In this document: piece after piece, positions 1-9,771 of the stretch
Position numbering within the stretch: position 1 is the stretch's first letter
How the letters are laid out: each line of letters starts with the position of its first letter
DNA from: Candidatus Bathyarchaeota archaeon
GTDB taxonomy: Archaea; Thermoproteota; Bathyarchaeia; 40CM-2-53-6
DNA length: 64,000 bases
Reading direction: 5' to 3'
NCBI GenBank assembly: GCA_963726255.1
Contig: CAVSBL010000002.1
Location: 1,472,001-1,536,000, forward strand
Program-made: the position numbers and the translations under genes
Notes under the pieces: generated by a model
Database searches by the model: none
Seen by the model: only the letters and a program-made list of their open reading frames with translations
Told to the model about the DNA's origin: nothing

Positions 1-2
1 AG

Positions 3-908
3 GCAGGCTACACGACTGGTGCTGCCTTCAGCTGGGATGCAACATTGAAGAGCACTCTCTGGCCTTTCCTTGCTTTAGCAATCTCAATGCTCTCAACCGT
101 TTTTGCTGGTGAGATCAAAAGCGTCAAGAAGAACCAGATGGTCGGCATACCAGCCAGTCTGGTATTATGTGGCGGTCTCTTCGTTGTAATGGCATACCTC
201 ATCGTCAGAACCGTTGGGTACGATTTTCTGGGTGCGGCAGGATACCTCTATTATGTTAACCCATCCGCGTACCCACTTCCAACAGCGCCTTGGTACAGCC
301 TTTTCGCAGCGTTAGTGAGCTCCAACATCGTTGTCACTTTTCTGATTTTGGTGAGTTTCGCAATTTGGTCGATTTACTGGGTTGCTGTATGTGCGATCTA
401 TTCGTCCCGAAGTATGCTCGCATGGTCCATTGACAGGCTAACTCCAAAATGGGTTGGAAACGTCAGCGAGAAATATAGGACACCCGTCAGTGCAATACTC
501 ATTTCAATGTTTGGCGGATGGATTTTTCTCCTAATCTATGCATACACGCCTTACCTGGTTACTCTAGTAGGAATGCTTGGACTGGCGATCACAATTCTGT
601 TTGTCTGCATCGCTGGACTGGTACTACCATACCGTAGGCGAGAAATTTTCGAAAAGTCGCCTGCTAACTACAGAATCGCCGGCATTCCCGCCATAAGTAT
701 CTTCAGCCTTGGAGGAATTATCTATCTACTCTATACAATCTATCTCTTCTTGATTGACAGCGTAGTCGCCGCAAACACGCCGAGCAACGAAATCGCAATT
801 GTAGGCTTCATCGTGAGCGGATTCATCTACTTCTACGCTGCACGCGCATACCAGAAGAGCAAGGGCATTGACGTAGACCTTGCATACAAAGAAGTCCCAG
901 TGGAGTAA
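3..908 (+). CDS. APC-family amino acid permease (5'-truncated by window edge)
   Basis: Frame is open from position 3. Many hydrophobic helices; motifs SRSMLAWSID, VSEKYRTP and C-terminal YKEVPVE match the two downstream paralogues. Confidence 0.88.
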   Translation, partial: AGYTTGAAFSWDATLKSTLWPFLALAISMLSTVFAGEIKSVKKNQMVGIPASLVLCGGLFVVMAYLIVRTVGYDFLGAAGYLYYVNPSAYPLPTAPWYSLFAALVSSNIVVTFLILVSFAIWSIYWVAVCAIYSSRSMLAWSIDRLTPKWVGNVSEKYRTPVSAILISMFGGWIFLLIYAYTPYLVTLVGMLGLAITILFVCIAGLVLPYRRREIFEKSPANYRIAGIPAISIFSLGGIIYLLYTIYLFLIDSVVAANTPSNEIAIVGFIVSGFIYFYAARAYQKSKGIDVDLAYKEVPVE

Positions 909-910
909 AC

Positions 911-933
911 CCTCACCCCTCTGGTTTTTTCCC
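911..933 (+). terminator. C-rich plus oligo-T archaeal terminator-like tract
   Basis: CCTCACCCCTCTGGTTTTTTCCC immediately after the permease stop codon. Confidence 0.45.
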
Positions 934-1036
934 GTTTGGTAGACATGAGCCATAAGACCGCATCCACGACACATGTCGTGAGCTGGGCAATTATGAAGTC
1001 CCGGCGAAGCCAAAGAACACGAAAGCGGCCATAGCA

Positions 1037-1639
1037 TTGCCGCCCGCAGCTCTGATCGCAATCCCTGCTCGGCGCGGCAAGGCTGCTCGGGCTAAGAAGG
1101 GGCAGCTTGTCAAAGTGATTAACACACATGGCACGCAAGTCGTCGACACATGGGCGTTCAACGCAGACGATTTGCCTGAGTTTATGTCAATGGAGCACAC
1201 GCGGCCCCACACAGGGCACATAATTCCGAAGGTTGGCGACATCATGTGTACGAACAAGCGTCGCCCGATTCTCACATTCATGGAGGATACGTCGCCTGGA
1301 ATCCACGACACTATCATCGCCGCATGTGACCGATACCGTTACAGGTTCCTAAACTTCGAGGGCTATCACGACAACTGCACAGACAACCTCCACGCCGCTA
1401 TGAGCGAACTCGGTCTCACCCCGCCTGAAACTCCGAGCCCCTTGAATCTGTGGATGAACATCCCGGTGGGCCAGGACGGCAATATTCAGTTTCTGCCGAC
1501 TGTGGCGAAGCCAGGGGACTACGTGGTTCTCCGGGCCGAGATGGATGTTGTGATGGCCTTCTCGGCTTGTCCCCAAGACATACTGCCGATAAATGGCCCC
1601 TCATGCAAACCGGTCGAGTGCCATTTTCAAGTGATATAG
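1037..1639 (+). CDS. DUF1989 / urea carboxylase-associated family protein
   Basis: Motifs GTQVVDTWAF, HDTIIAACD, HDNCTDNL, PLNLWMNIPV and SACPQD are typical of DUF1989. Confidence 0.88.
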   Translation: MPPAALIAIPARRGKAARAKKGQLVKVINTHGTQVVDTWAFNADDLPEFMSMEHTRPHTGHIIPKVGDIMCTNKRRPILTFMEDTSPGIHDTIIAACDRYRYRFLNFEGYHDNCTDNLHAAMSELGLTPPETPSPLNLWMNIPVGQDGNIQFLPTVAKPGDYVVLRAEMDVVMAFSACPQDILPINGPSCKPVECHFQVI

Positions 1640-1737
1640 CGAATGGATGGATCTAACCACCAAGAACAGTATCGGATTCTCTACGTGTCGGAAGTGACCT
1701 ACGTGCTACGCTGAACCGTGTTCTGAACGCTTAACTT

Positions 1738-3342
1738 CTATTCGACTGGGATTTCCCGGAACGTTAAGCTTACGTCGACTCCCTGTTTCTTCCTGTAAGC
1801 TTTCATCACGTAGAAGAGGATGAAGCCAACGACTATGAATCCCGCGACCATTGCGAGGGAAGTGGTGCTGTTCGCTCCAGCTCGTGGGTCTGTGATCATG
1901 ATGTAAATTGCCACAATGTTCGTTATGGCGTTGATCGCACCGAAGATCGAAATCACTGGGATACCAGCAACTTTCCAGTCCACTCCTGAGCGGTTAAAGA
2001 ACTCCTTCTGTCTGAACGGGAAGATCATGGCTGCAATAGACGCGAGTAAGAAGACGAAACCGATTCCAAGCGAACCTGAAAGTACCCCTAGCCAAGTGGT
2101 GAAGGCGATTCCTGCAAGAAAAAGCGCGCCGCCGATCCCTGAGAGAACTATCGTGTTGATTGGGGTGCGGTATCGCTCACTGACATGTGCGAAGACATCT
2201 GGAAGCATTCCGTCCATAGCCCATGCAAAGGAAGTTCTAGAGGTGAAGACGTAGACAGTTGCTGTAAGGACGAGGAACCAGCTGAACCAACCGAACAGTA
2301 TGAACGAGCTGAGAATCGCGTTGTCAGTGAGCAGAGCCGTGAAGAGGTTGTACCATGGAGACACTGGAATTGGCAGTGCGGATGGGTTATTGAACATCAG
2401 GTACGTCGCCGCCCCAAGGAAGTCGTAACCAAACACCCTCCCGCCCAAGAAGAGTAATAGAAAGAACAACACACCAGTCACGAGAACAGACCCAACCATT
2501 CCGAACAGTTGACTCTTCTTGACGCTCTTCACCTCCCCCGAGTAAGATGCGGAGGTCATGCAGAAACCGATCGCAAGCCAAGGCCAGACAAAGAAGAACA
2601 CGGTTTCCAACAATGAAAAGGGCGTTCCTGAACCGAATCCGTTTTGGACCGCTGTTTGAATAATCGCATGGTATGTGTCGTCCAAGTTTGAGTATGGCTT
2701 CGAAAAGGCGTTGAAGCGGGAAATGAAAGTTTCCTGGCTAGTTGTAGCGAGAAGCGCTATGACCACAATTGTGCTTGCCACAGCAATTATGAAAACGACC
2801 TTCTGGAAGTTGAAATAGTTTTTCATCCCAGAAGCCAACAGGATGCCGTAGAAAACAATGCTGATAAGTCCAATCATGAAGAATGCGTTCGGAGTTCCAG
2901 CCCACTGACTCATCGAGATTAGGCCTGGGCTGTTGGTCACGAAGCCGATGCCGGCTAGCATCGGCGCCACGCCTTGGAACCCAAGCATAGCCGCGTTCAG
3001 GCCGAGATAGAATAGCATCCAGACAAAGAAGTTCCAACTCATAACAAAACCTAGTGTCGGATGAATTATGCGCGTAATGTAGACGTAGTCTCCCCCTGAA
3101 CGTGGATATACTGAAGCCAACAATGCGTATGTGAGACCTTGAAAGAGAGCCACAATCGTCGTGATGACGATCGACAGCTCAAGGCTAGCGCCGGGGTAGG
3201 AGATCCAGTAGAGCACGATGAAGAGTGTGTACCCGATGCTGATCATGAACATGTTATAGGCGAGAACATCAAACCCCGAGACCTCTCGGACAAGGCCTGA
3301 GGCTTTCCTGACAAACGTTCTGGGTTCAGTCATATCTAACAT
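1738..3342 (-). CDS. APC-family amino acid permease
   Basis: FVRKASGLVREVS N-terminus, YPRSGGDYVY motif, about 12 TM segments. Confidence 0.9.
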   Translation of the reverse strand: MLDMTEPRTFVRKASGLVREVSGFDVLAYNMFMISIGYTLFIVLYWISYPGASLELSIVITTIVALFQGLTYALLASVYPRSGGDYVYITRIIHPTLGFVMSWNFFVWMLFYLGLNAAMLGFQGVAPMLAGIGFVTNSPGLISMSQWAGTPNAFFMIGLISIVFYGILLASGMKNYFNFQKVVFIIAVASTIVVIALLATTSQETFISRFNAFSKPYSNLDDTYHAIIQTAVQNGFGSGTPFSLLETVFFFVWPWLAIGFCMTSASYSGEVKSVKKSQLFGMVGSVLVTGVLFFLLLFLGGRVFGYDFLGAATYLMFNNPSALPIPVSPWYNLFTALLTDNAILSSFILFGWFSWFLVLTATVYVFTSRTSFAWAMDGMLPDVFAHVSERYRTPINTIVLSGIGGALFLAGIAFTTWLGVLSGSLGIGFVFLLASIAAMIFPFRQKEFFNRSGVDWKVAGIPVISIFGAINAITNIVAIYIMITDPRAGANSTTSLAMVAGFIVVGFILFYVMKAYRKKQGVDVSLTFREIPVE

Positions 3343-3421
3343 CTGCTCCGATCGCTCATGATTGAAAGTTCAATCGTATATAACATCGAGGGTGCACCTT
3401 CAGTTAGCGCTTCATTCCCAA

Positions 3422-5065
3422 CTACTCGACAGGTATCTCTTGGAATATCAGGTTCACGTCGACGCCTTGCCTCTTCCTGACATACTTCATGACGTAGAAG
3501 ATTATCACGCCTAGCACCAGGAATGCGCCCACTAATTCCTCTGATGTCGGACTGTTCGCGAAGGCTCTCCAGTCAAAGAGCATAATGTAGATCGCTACTC
3601 CGTTTGTTATCGCATTCAATAGACCGAGGATGCTGATGACAGGCACTCCCGCTATCTCCCAGTTAATTCCGGACTTCTTGTAGAAATCCCTCCGTCTGAA
3701 TGGAAAGATCATCGCAGCCACTGAAGCCAGGAACCAAACGAGTCCGATTCCCAGCGTCCCGGATAACACACCGAGCCAAGTCGTGTATGCGATGCCGGCA
3801 AGGAATATTACTGCGCCGACCGCGGAAAGTATGATTGTGTTGACAGGCGTTCTAAACTTCTCACTTACGTACGAGAAAGCATTGGGAAGCATCCCATCCA
3901 TCGCCCAGGCGAAGGATGTTCGAGTCGTGAAAAGGAAAGCTGCAACTGCCAGAACCAAGAACCAGCTAAACCAACCCACCAATATGAACGAACTCAACGC
4001 GACGTTGTCGGTGAGTAAAGCCGTCCAAAGGTTGTACCAAGGAGTGACAGGAATTAGAAGCGCCGCGGGGTCATTGAACTGCAGATAGCCCATTGCGCCA
4101 ATAAAATCGTATCCAAATACTCTGCCACCCAAGAACGCCAGCAGTATGAATAGGAAGCCCGTAATGATAGCTGAGCCGAGCATGCCGAAGATCTGGCTTT
4201 TCTTTACGCTCTTCACTTCTCCCGAGTACGACGCAGAGAGCATACAGTAACCTATCGCTAGCCAAGGCCAGACGAAGAAGAACATGGTTTCCAACAATGA
4301 AATTGGAGCGCCAGGAGTGAACCCCTCTGCAACAGCGGTCTGAATTGTTGCACTGTACGTGTCATCAACATGGGAATATGGTTTCGCAAGGGCGTTGAAA
4401 CGCGAAACGAATGTCTCGTGGCTTGTTGTTGCCAGTAGGACCATCATGACGATAGTGCTCGCCATCGCGATTACGAAGAGTACCTTCTGGAAGTTGAAAT
4501 AGTTCTTCATGCCAGAGATCAAGAGCAGAGCGTAGATGATTATCGCTGCCGTTCCAATCATGAAGTAGGCGTTCGGGGTCCCAGCCCACTGGCCCATTGA
4601 GATCAGGTTGGCGTCCCCCGTTATGAATCCAATCCCTCCCAGAGTGGGCGCAAGGCCTTGAAAACCAATCATACCAGACTGAAGGCCTACGTAGAATACC
4701 ATCCAAATCCAAAAGTTCCAGCTCATCACGAACCCAAGCGCTGGGTGGAGAATGCGCGTCATGTACACGTAGTCGCCACCCGAGCGTGGGTAGGCGGAGG
4801 CTAACAAAGCATACACGAGGCCTTGGATGATGCTGACAACAATTGTCAGGATAATAGACCATTCAAGGCTGGCTCCTGGGTAGAGTACCCAGTAGAAGAA
4901 CATGAAAAGGGCATAGCCCAAGCTGATGATGAACATGTTGTATGCGAGAACATCGACAGCAGACACTTCTCGGACGAGGCCAGAAGCGCGTCTCACAAAC
5001 GTTTTCCGTTCAGCCAAAAATCCATCCCCTGTTGTGTCCTTAACACTTGCCCAGGTTGTGACCAA
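3422..5065 (-). CDS. APC-family amino acid permease (tandem paralogue); start may be TTG at 5017
   Basis: Colinear with and highly similar to 1738..3342 (FVRRASGLVREVS, YPRSGGDYVY, EIPVE). Confidence 0.9.
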   Translation of the reverse strand: MVTTWASVKDTTGDGFLAERKTFVRRASGLVREVSAVDVLAYNMFIISLGYALFMFFYWVLYPGASLEWSIILTIVVSIIQGLVYALLASAYPRSGGDYVYMTRILHPALGFVMSWNFWIWMVFYVGLQSGMIGFQGLAPTLGGIGFITGDANLISMGQWAGTPNAYFMIGTAAIIIYALLLISGMKNYFNFQKVLFVIAMASTIVMMVLLATTSHETFVSRFNALAKPYSHVDDTYSATIQTAVAEGFTPGAPISLLETMFFFVWPWLAIGYCMLSASYSGEVKSVKKSQIFGMLGSAIITGFLFILLAFLGGRVFGYDFIGAMGYLQFNDPAALLIPVTPWYNLWTALLTDNVALSSFILVGWFSWFLVLAVAAFLFTTRTSFAWAMDGMLPNAFSYVSEKFRTPVNTIILSAVGAVIFLAGIAYTTWLGVLSGTLGIGLVWFLASVAAMIFPFRRRDFYKKSGINWEIAGVPVISILGLLNAITNGVAIYIMLFDWRAFANSPTSEELVGAFLVLGVIIFYVMKYVRKRQGVDVNLIFQEIPVE

Positions 5066-5614
5066 GAATCGGTTATATTACTTGTGTTAAGAGAGTATAT
5101 AACCAAAGTCCGGATTCACAGCGTTACTATTGGACAGCTGACAAAGGACTCAGCTGCAATCAGAATCATTTTCAGAACGCAAATTCGGAACGACCATTAG
5201 AGAGCTTGGGCGCGCCTAGAAAAGGAACCAATAAACTCGTTGAACTCGCAGTACGCATCGCACTGCTAATGGCGAGAAGGCACTCTTAAGGGGAGACCCA
5301 TTATGTCCTAGACCGGCAAGTCACAGATCACGATAACGCGTATGCCGCGGCGTCGAATGAAACTCGGTCATACGAGGAAGGTCAAGCTGGGCGTATTTGA
5401 AGGAGGTCCCTTCTTCAGAACCTGGTGCCGTGAACGTGGTGCACGGTATCCAGACAGCCGCGGTCGAGTGAGCCGGCAAGGAAATGAGGATTGGCCGTTT
5501 GTCTAGGTCTACAAGAAATCAGCCGCTGACCATTCCTTCACGAAAGAAACTGGGAGTAAGACATTAGAATTAGCTTTTTCAACTCGTTCGGTTAACTAGC
5601 CCTCCACGTTTGAG

Positions 5615-6385
5615 TTGAGATATGTGTCGACAGACAAGGCGAGCCTCTACGTCAATGAAGCGTTGAAACTAGTTCAGGAAGCGGAGAAGAGAAGCATCGA
5701 TCTTCGTGTCATGGGAGCGGTGGCTTTCAGAATTCATTGCCCCGAATTCATCAAGCTCATTGACGCAATGAACCGGCCACTGACCGATCTCGACTTCATA
5801 GGCTATAGGAAGCAAAGGTCGGACACCATTAAGATGTTCAAGGAGCTCGGGTACACGTTGGACAAGGAGATGCTAATTCTTGGTGAGCGCCTCAAGTTTC
5901 ACAGTCCTTCAAATGGCCCAGATATTGACGTTTTCTTAGATGAACTCCGGATGTCTCATACCCTTGTTTTCAAGGACCGTCTCAAACTGGATTTACCCAC
6001 TATTCCATTGGTCGATCTTCTGCTAGAGAAGATGCAGATAGTACAGATCAATGAGAAAGACATCAAGGACACGATACTTCTTCTACGAGAGCATGCGATT
6101 GGGAATGGTGAATCAGAGACAATCGACTCCCAGCACCTGTCGAAGCTGCTTTCAAACGATTGGGGATTCTACTACACTGTGACAACGAATCTGAAGAAAG
6201 TGATGGAATTCCTACCAGTTTACACCGCACTCTCAGAAGACGACCGGAAAGATGTTTCCTCGAAGGTCTCAGCACTCATCGAAAAGATAGAATCCGCACC
6301 GAAGAGCGCGAAGTGGAAGATGAGAGCGACTGTCGGCACGAAAAGAAAATGGTACGAGGATGTGGAAGAGACCCACATTGGTTGA
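5615..6385 (+). CDS. Nucleotidyltransferase-fold (Pol-beta superfamily) protein of unknown function
   Basis: hG-x-x-A motif (VMGAVA), R-x-x-T-DLD motif, third acidic strand DIDVF, C-terminal helical region (KDIKD, NDWGFYYT). Confidence 0.65.
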   Translation: MRYVSTDKASLYVNEALKLVQEAEKRSIDLRVMGAVAFRIHCPEFIKLIDAMNRPLTDLDFIGYRKQRSDTIKMFKELGYTLDKEMLILGERLKFHSPSNGPDIDVFLDELRMSHTLVFKDRLKLDLPTIPLVDLLLEKMQIVQINEKDIKDTILLLREHAIGNGESETIDSQHLSKLLSNDWGFYYTVTTNLKKVMEFLPVYTALSEDDRKDVSSKVSALIEKIESAPKSAKWKMRATVGTKRKWYEDVEETHIG

Positions 6386-6483
6386 CTGTATCGCTTCGGG
6401 TCTGATGAGATGAGAAATTCATGGGTTTTCACCAGCATTTGTTTGATGTATACCAGGTTTCCAGAGAACAAGAGTAAATTCAC

Positions 6484-7431
6484 ATGAAAAATGTCAGTTT
6501 CGGCATACTAACTCCTCAAATGTCACTTCAATTTGACCAGCTTAAGCGGATTTGGATTGAAGCAGAGGATTGCGGTTTTGAGTCTGCATGGATAGTTGAC
6601 CACTTCATCCCTTACGATTACCCTGATCGCTCCGTCACCGAGCCTATGCTTGAATGCTGGGTGACCTTGGCGGCATTGGCGCGAGAGACCGAGAAGATCA
6701 GGCTAGGCCCGCTTGTGTCGTGTAATTCGTATAGGCCCCCGCAATTACTCGCCAAGATGGCCGCGACTCTCGATTGCATAAGCGGAGGTAGGTTGAACTT
6801 CGCCATAGGAGCTGGATGGTTAAGGCTGGAGCACGAGGCGTACGGCTACGGTTTCCCAAAGACTCAGCTTAGAATAGAGAGGCTTGGAGAGGCGTTTGAG
6901 GTCATCAAGCGTATGTGGACTGAAGAGAAGGCGAGCTTCAATGGAAAATACTACACAATCACAGGCGCCGTGAGCTGCCCTAAACCCGTTCAGAAGCCTC
7001 ATCCGCCGTTTTACATCGGAGCCGAACATGAGAAGATCTTGAAATTCGCTGCAAGACACGCGGACGTCTGGAACTTTCCCTCAGACATCAACGCCTACTC
7101 GCCTGAGCAATACAAGGAACGCGTGAGTATCCTCGAAAATGAGTGCGATGCAATAGGACGCAACCCAGACACAATCAAGAGATCATGGCTAGGCATCGCA
7201 GTCTTAGGGAAGGACGAGAAGGAAGTCAATGAAAAGGTAGCATCGATTAAACCGAAACCACTAGCCAAGCAACAAGTAATGAGGGAGATCGTTGGGACAC
7301 CGGACACTTGTCTTCAAAGACTGGGAGATTACGTCGACCTAGGCGTCTCGGAGTTCCTGCTAATATTTCCAGAACCCTATAGGCCCGAAGTCCTTCATGA
7401 ATTCTCCAACGAAGTGATGGACAGATTCTGA
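6484..7431 (+). CDS. LLM-class (luciferase-like, probably F420-dependent) oxidoreductase
   Basis: WIVDHF, LAKMAATLDCISGGRLNFAIGAGW, PKPVQKPHPP and GTPD motifs. Confidence 0.9.
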   Translation: MKNVSFGILTPQMSLQFDQLKRIWIEAEDCGFESAWIVDHFIPYDYPDRSVTEPMLECWVTLAALARETEKIRLGPLVSCNSYRPPQLLAKMAATLDCISGGRLNFAIGAGWLRLEHEAYGYGFPKTQLRIERLGEAFEVIKRMWTEEKASFNGKYYTITGAVSCPKPVQKPHPPFYIGAEHEKILKFAARHADVWNFPSDINAYSPEQYKERVSILENECDAIGRNPDTIKRSWLGIAVLGKDEKEVNEKVASIKPKPLAKQQVMREIVGTPDTCLQRLGDYVDLGVSEFLLIFPEPYRPEVLHEFSNEVMDRF

Positions 7432-7457
7432 GACATGTGGACCAAGCCGATCTCAGG

Positions 7458-8408
7458 CTACCCGGACGTGAACTGGTAACTCTTCACCTTTTCATCCTCG
7501 AAGGTTATGAGTGCTCCCCTGAGTATCCCCTCGCCATATTCGCTTCCCGGGTTCAGACAGAGGGTCCGGCCTATCTTCCCTGTTCCTCTCGACTCATGTA
7601 TGTGCCCATGCAAGCCTAGAAGCGGTTGATATTTCTCCATTGCGGCCCTTACAGCTGTGCTTCCTACCGGTATCATGAGCATCTCACCGCCCGGCGACAC
7701 GACTGGTTTCAGGTCTTTGTCGAGTTTTGGCGCCGAGTCTAAGTTCGAGTCGTAGGGTGGGCAGTGAAGGTTGAAGATGCAGTTTTGCATATTGGTAACC
7801 TTTGATGCCATGTCTTCGATTTTCTTCGCCAACTCTTCCTCAGGGATGTCTCGGGGGCAGTTCCACGGCGTTATGTTCGTGTAACCAGTGCTAATCATTT
7901 CATGGGTGTCATCAATGGAAACAACCTTGCCCTCGGGGTTAATCACAAATTGGGATGCGTTGAGTGCCGTATCGATATCCATTCGGTCATCGTTGCCGGG
8001 CGTTATGATGCATTTGATTCCAGTTCCCTTCAACTTCTCCTCAGCCGTCTTGACCCAGTGTTCAACCCGCTGTCGCATTAAGTCAGAAAAGAGTCTGTCA
8101 ACCTCCGCACGATCAGCGTTGAGCTTAGCCATCCCTTCCTTCGTGGTTCTGAATGGGTAGTAGCCAGCGTACATGATGCTCTTCTCAAGCTGCTTCGCGT
8201 TATCCTCTCCTTTTGCGGTCTGCATTTTGCCCAGAAATTCGGCCTCGTAGCCCTGGGCAGTCTGAATCATGGGAATGATCATCTTGCCGGTAATGTCGCC
8301 ACCGCAGATAAGCACGCTTGCCTTGTAGAACTTCCCAGCGTTAATGAATTTCAAGAAGCATTGCTCGGAACCATGAAGGTCAGTTGTGTAAAACATTCTA
8401 GTCTGCAT
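7458..8408 (-). CDS. Calcineurin-like metallophosphoesterase
   Basis: Motifs DLH, GGD, GNDD, HCPP, GHIHE and NPGS. Confidence 0.85.
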   Translation of the reverse strand: MQTRMFYTTDLHGSEQCFLKFINAGKFYKASVLICGGDITGKMIIPMIQTAQGYEAEFLGKMQTAKGEDNAKQLEKSIMYAGYYPFRTTKEGMAKLNADRAEVDRLFSDLMRQRVEHWVKTAEEKLKGTGIKCIITPGNDDRMDIDTALNASQFVINPEGKVVSIDDTHEMISTGYTNITPWNCPRDIPEEELAKKIEDMASKVTNMQNCIFNLHCPPYDSNLDSAPKLDKDLKPVVSPGGEMLMIPVGSTAVRAAMEKYQPLLGLHGHIHESRGTGKIGRTLCLNPGSEYGEGILRGALITFEDEKVKSYQFTSG

Positions 8409-8531
8409 CGAAAGCTCCAGCTCTCCTTGTGTGAGAGTGATTCAATATTAAGGCGACGCTCCAAGATATAGGAATTCGGACCGACTGTTCAACCTCCGAA
8501 CGGCTGACAATGGTTAATACAATATAGACAA

Positions 8532-9571
8532 ATGCGATTGCAGGTACTAGTTATGAACTCCGTCACTTCGAAGTTGGAAAAAGGTAAGCCGCCTCATCCG
8601 GTGCGCGCAAGCTATCTCGAAGAATTGAAGCGTCTATGGGACGAAGAATGGGGAGCCCAAAGCGAGGTTGGAAAGCTCAGAGTTGTCATGGTTCACAAAC
8701 ACGGAGACGAGTTTCGTCCGGATATAATCGAGGATTTGGCATGGTACGGAGTCTCGGAGTTCCCGGACTACCAAAAAGCCGTCCAACAACACGACCACTT
8801 TGTTGACGTCCTGAAACAGGAAGGTGTCAGGGTTCACTATCTCAACCCGCCCTCACCGGCTCACGGGCCATATTCCCCTGCGAATCCCCGAATCTGGGCA
8901 ACCAGGGATCCGGGTGTCGTAATCAGGGGCGGGGCGATAATCGGGCGAATGGCGTTGCCTTGGCGGAAGAAGGATGAAGTGTTCTGGTCCCGGAGAGTCA
9001 TGCAGCTTGGCTGTCCGATCCTGCGGACCGTGACAGGCCATGGAACCTTCGAAGGTGGAAACGTTGTCTGGCTTGACCCCGAGCACGTTTGCATCGGGCA
9101 ATCGATTCGCACAAACTCTGGAGGCATATCGCAAGTTTCTGCGATTATGCAAGAAGTTGGAGGGGTCAAGGAAGTCAGAGTCGTGCCCATTCCTGGGTAT
9201 CTTGAGAATATCGAATGGCCAGCAGGAGGATTTGCACATCTCGACGTCGTTTTCGGGATGGCGGACGTAAATCTGGGAGTGATATACCCTCCAGGTGTTC
9301 CCTTCGACTTCATAGAGTACCTGAAGTACGAGAAGAAGATCCAGCTGATTGAAGCTCAACCGGAAGAAGTGCGTAGTGAGGGCTGCAACATAGTCGCATT
9401 GGCACCGCAAAGATCATCATGAATGAGAAGAACATCAAACTCAGGAAAGGCTTAGAGAAGGAGGGCGTGGACGTTATACCCGTGGACTTCTCAGAGATCT
9501 GCAAGTTCGGCGGCGCAGGGCACTGCGCTACAGGCCCACTCCTTCGTGACCCCGGGCCCATGATTGCATAG
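8532..9571 (+). CDS. Amidinotransferase-superfamily enzyme (arginine deiminase/dimethylargininase-like), single-base frameshift at about 9409
   Basis: SEVGKLRVVMVH, TRDP, FEGGN and HLD motifs. The C-terminus KIIMNE...FGGAGHCATGPLLRD, with the catalytic Cys, continues in another frame from 9410 to TAG at 9569-9571. Confidence 0.85.
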
Positions 9572-9771
9572 GCGGTTTGCTTTTTGCGTGAGCAGGAGGT
9601 CCGCACAATGTCCAGAATAAGACGGTAATTGAAGCAGTCTGCGAACCGATTGTGCCTCTGCCATTATCGTCACGCTGCGAGTTGTGTTTCCATTCGGTTT
9701 TCTTGGACAAGGATTATAATTCTGGCGGAGGCCACGTTCGCCAGAGGTTTCGCGCCAGGGGACCAATCGGT

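Noticed and set aside
908-1037. Guanidine riboswitch upstream of DUF1989
   Set aside because: No twin ACGR-loop hairpins or ykkC consensus recognisable; only a short inverted repeat.
9652-9771. N-terminal extension of atpI in the ORF track
   Set aside because: Not AtpI-like and contains a TATA-like element (GATTATAAT near 9712-9720); the start is more likely 9772 or 9790.
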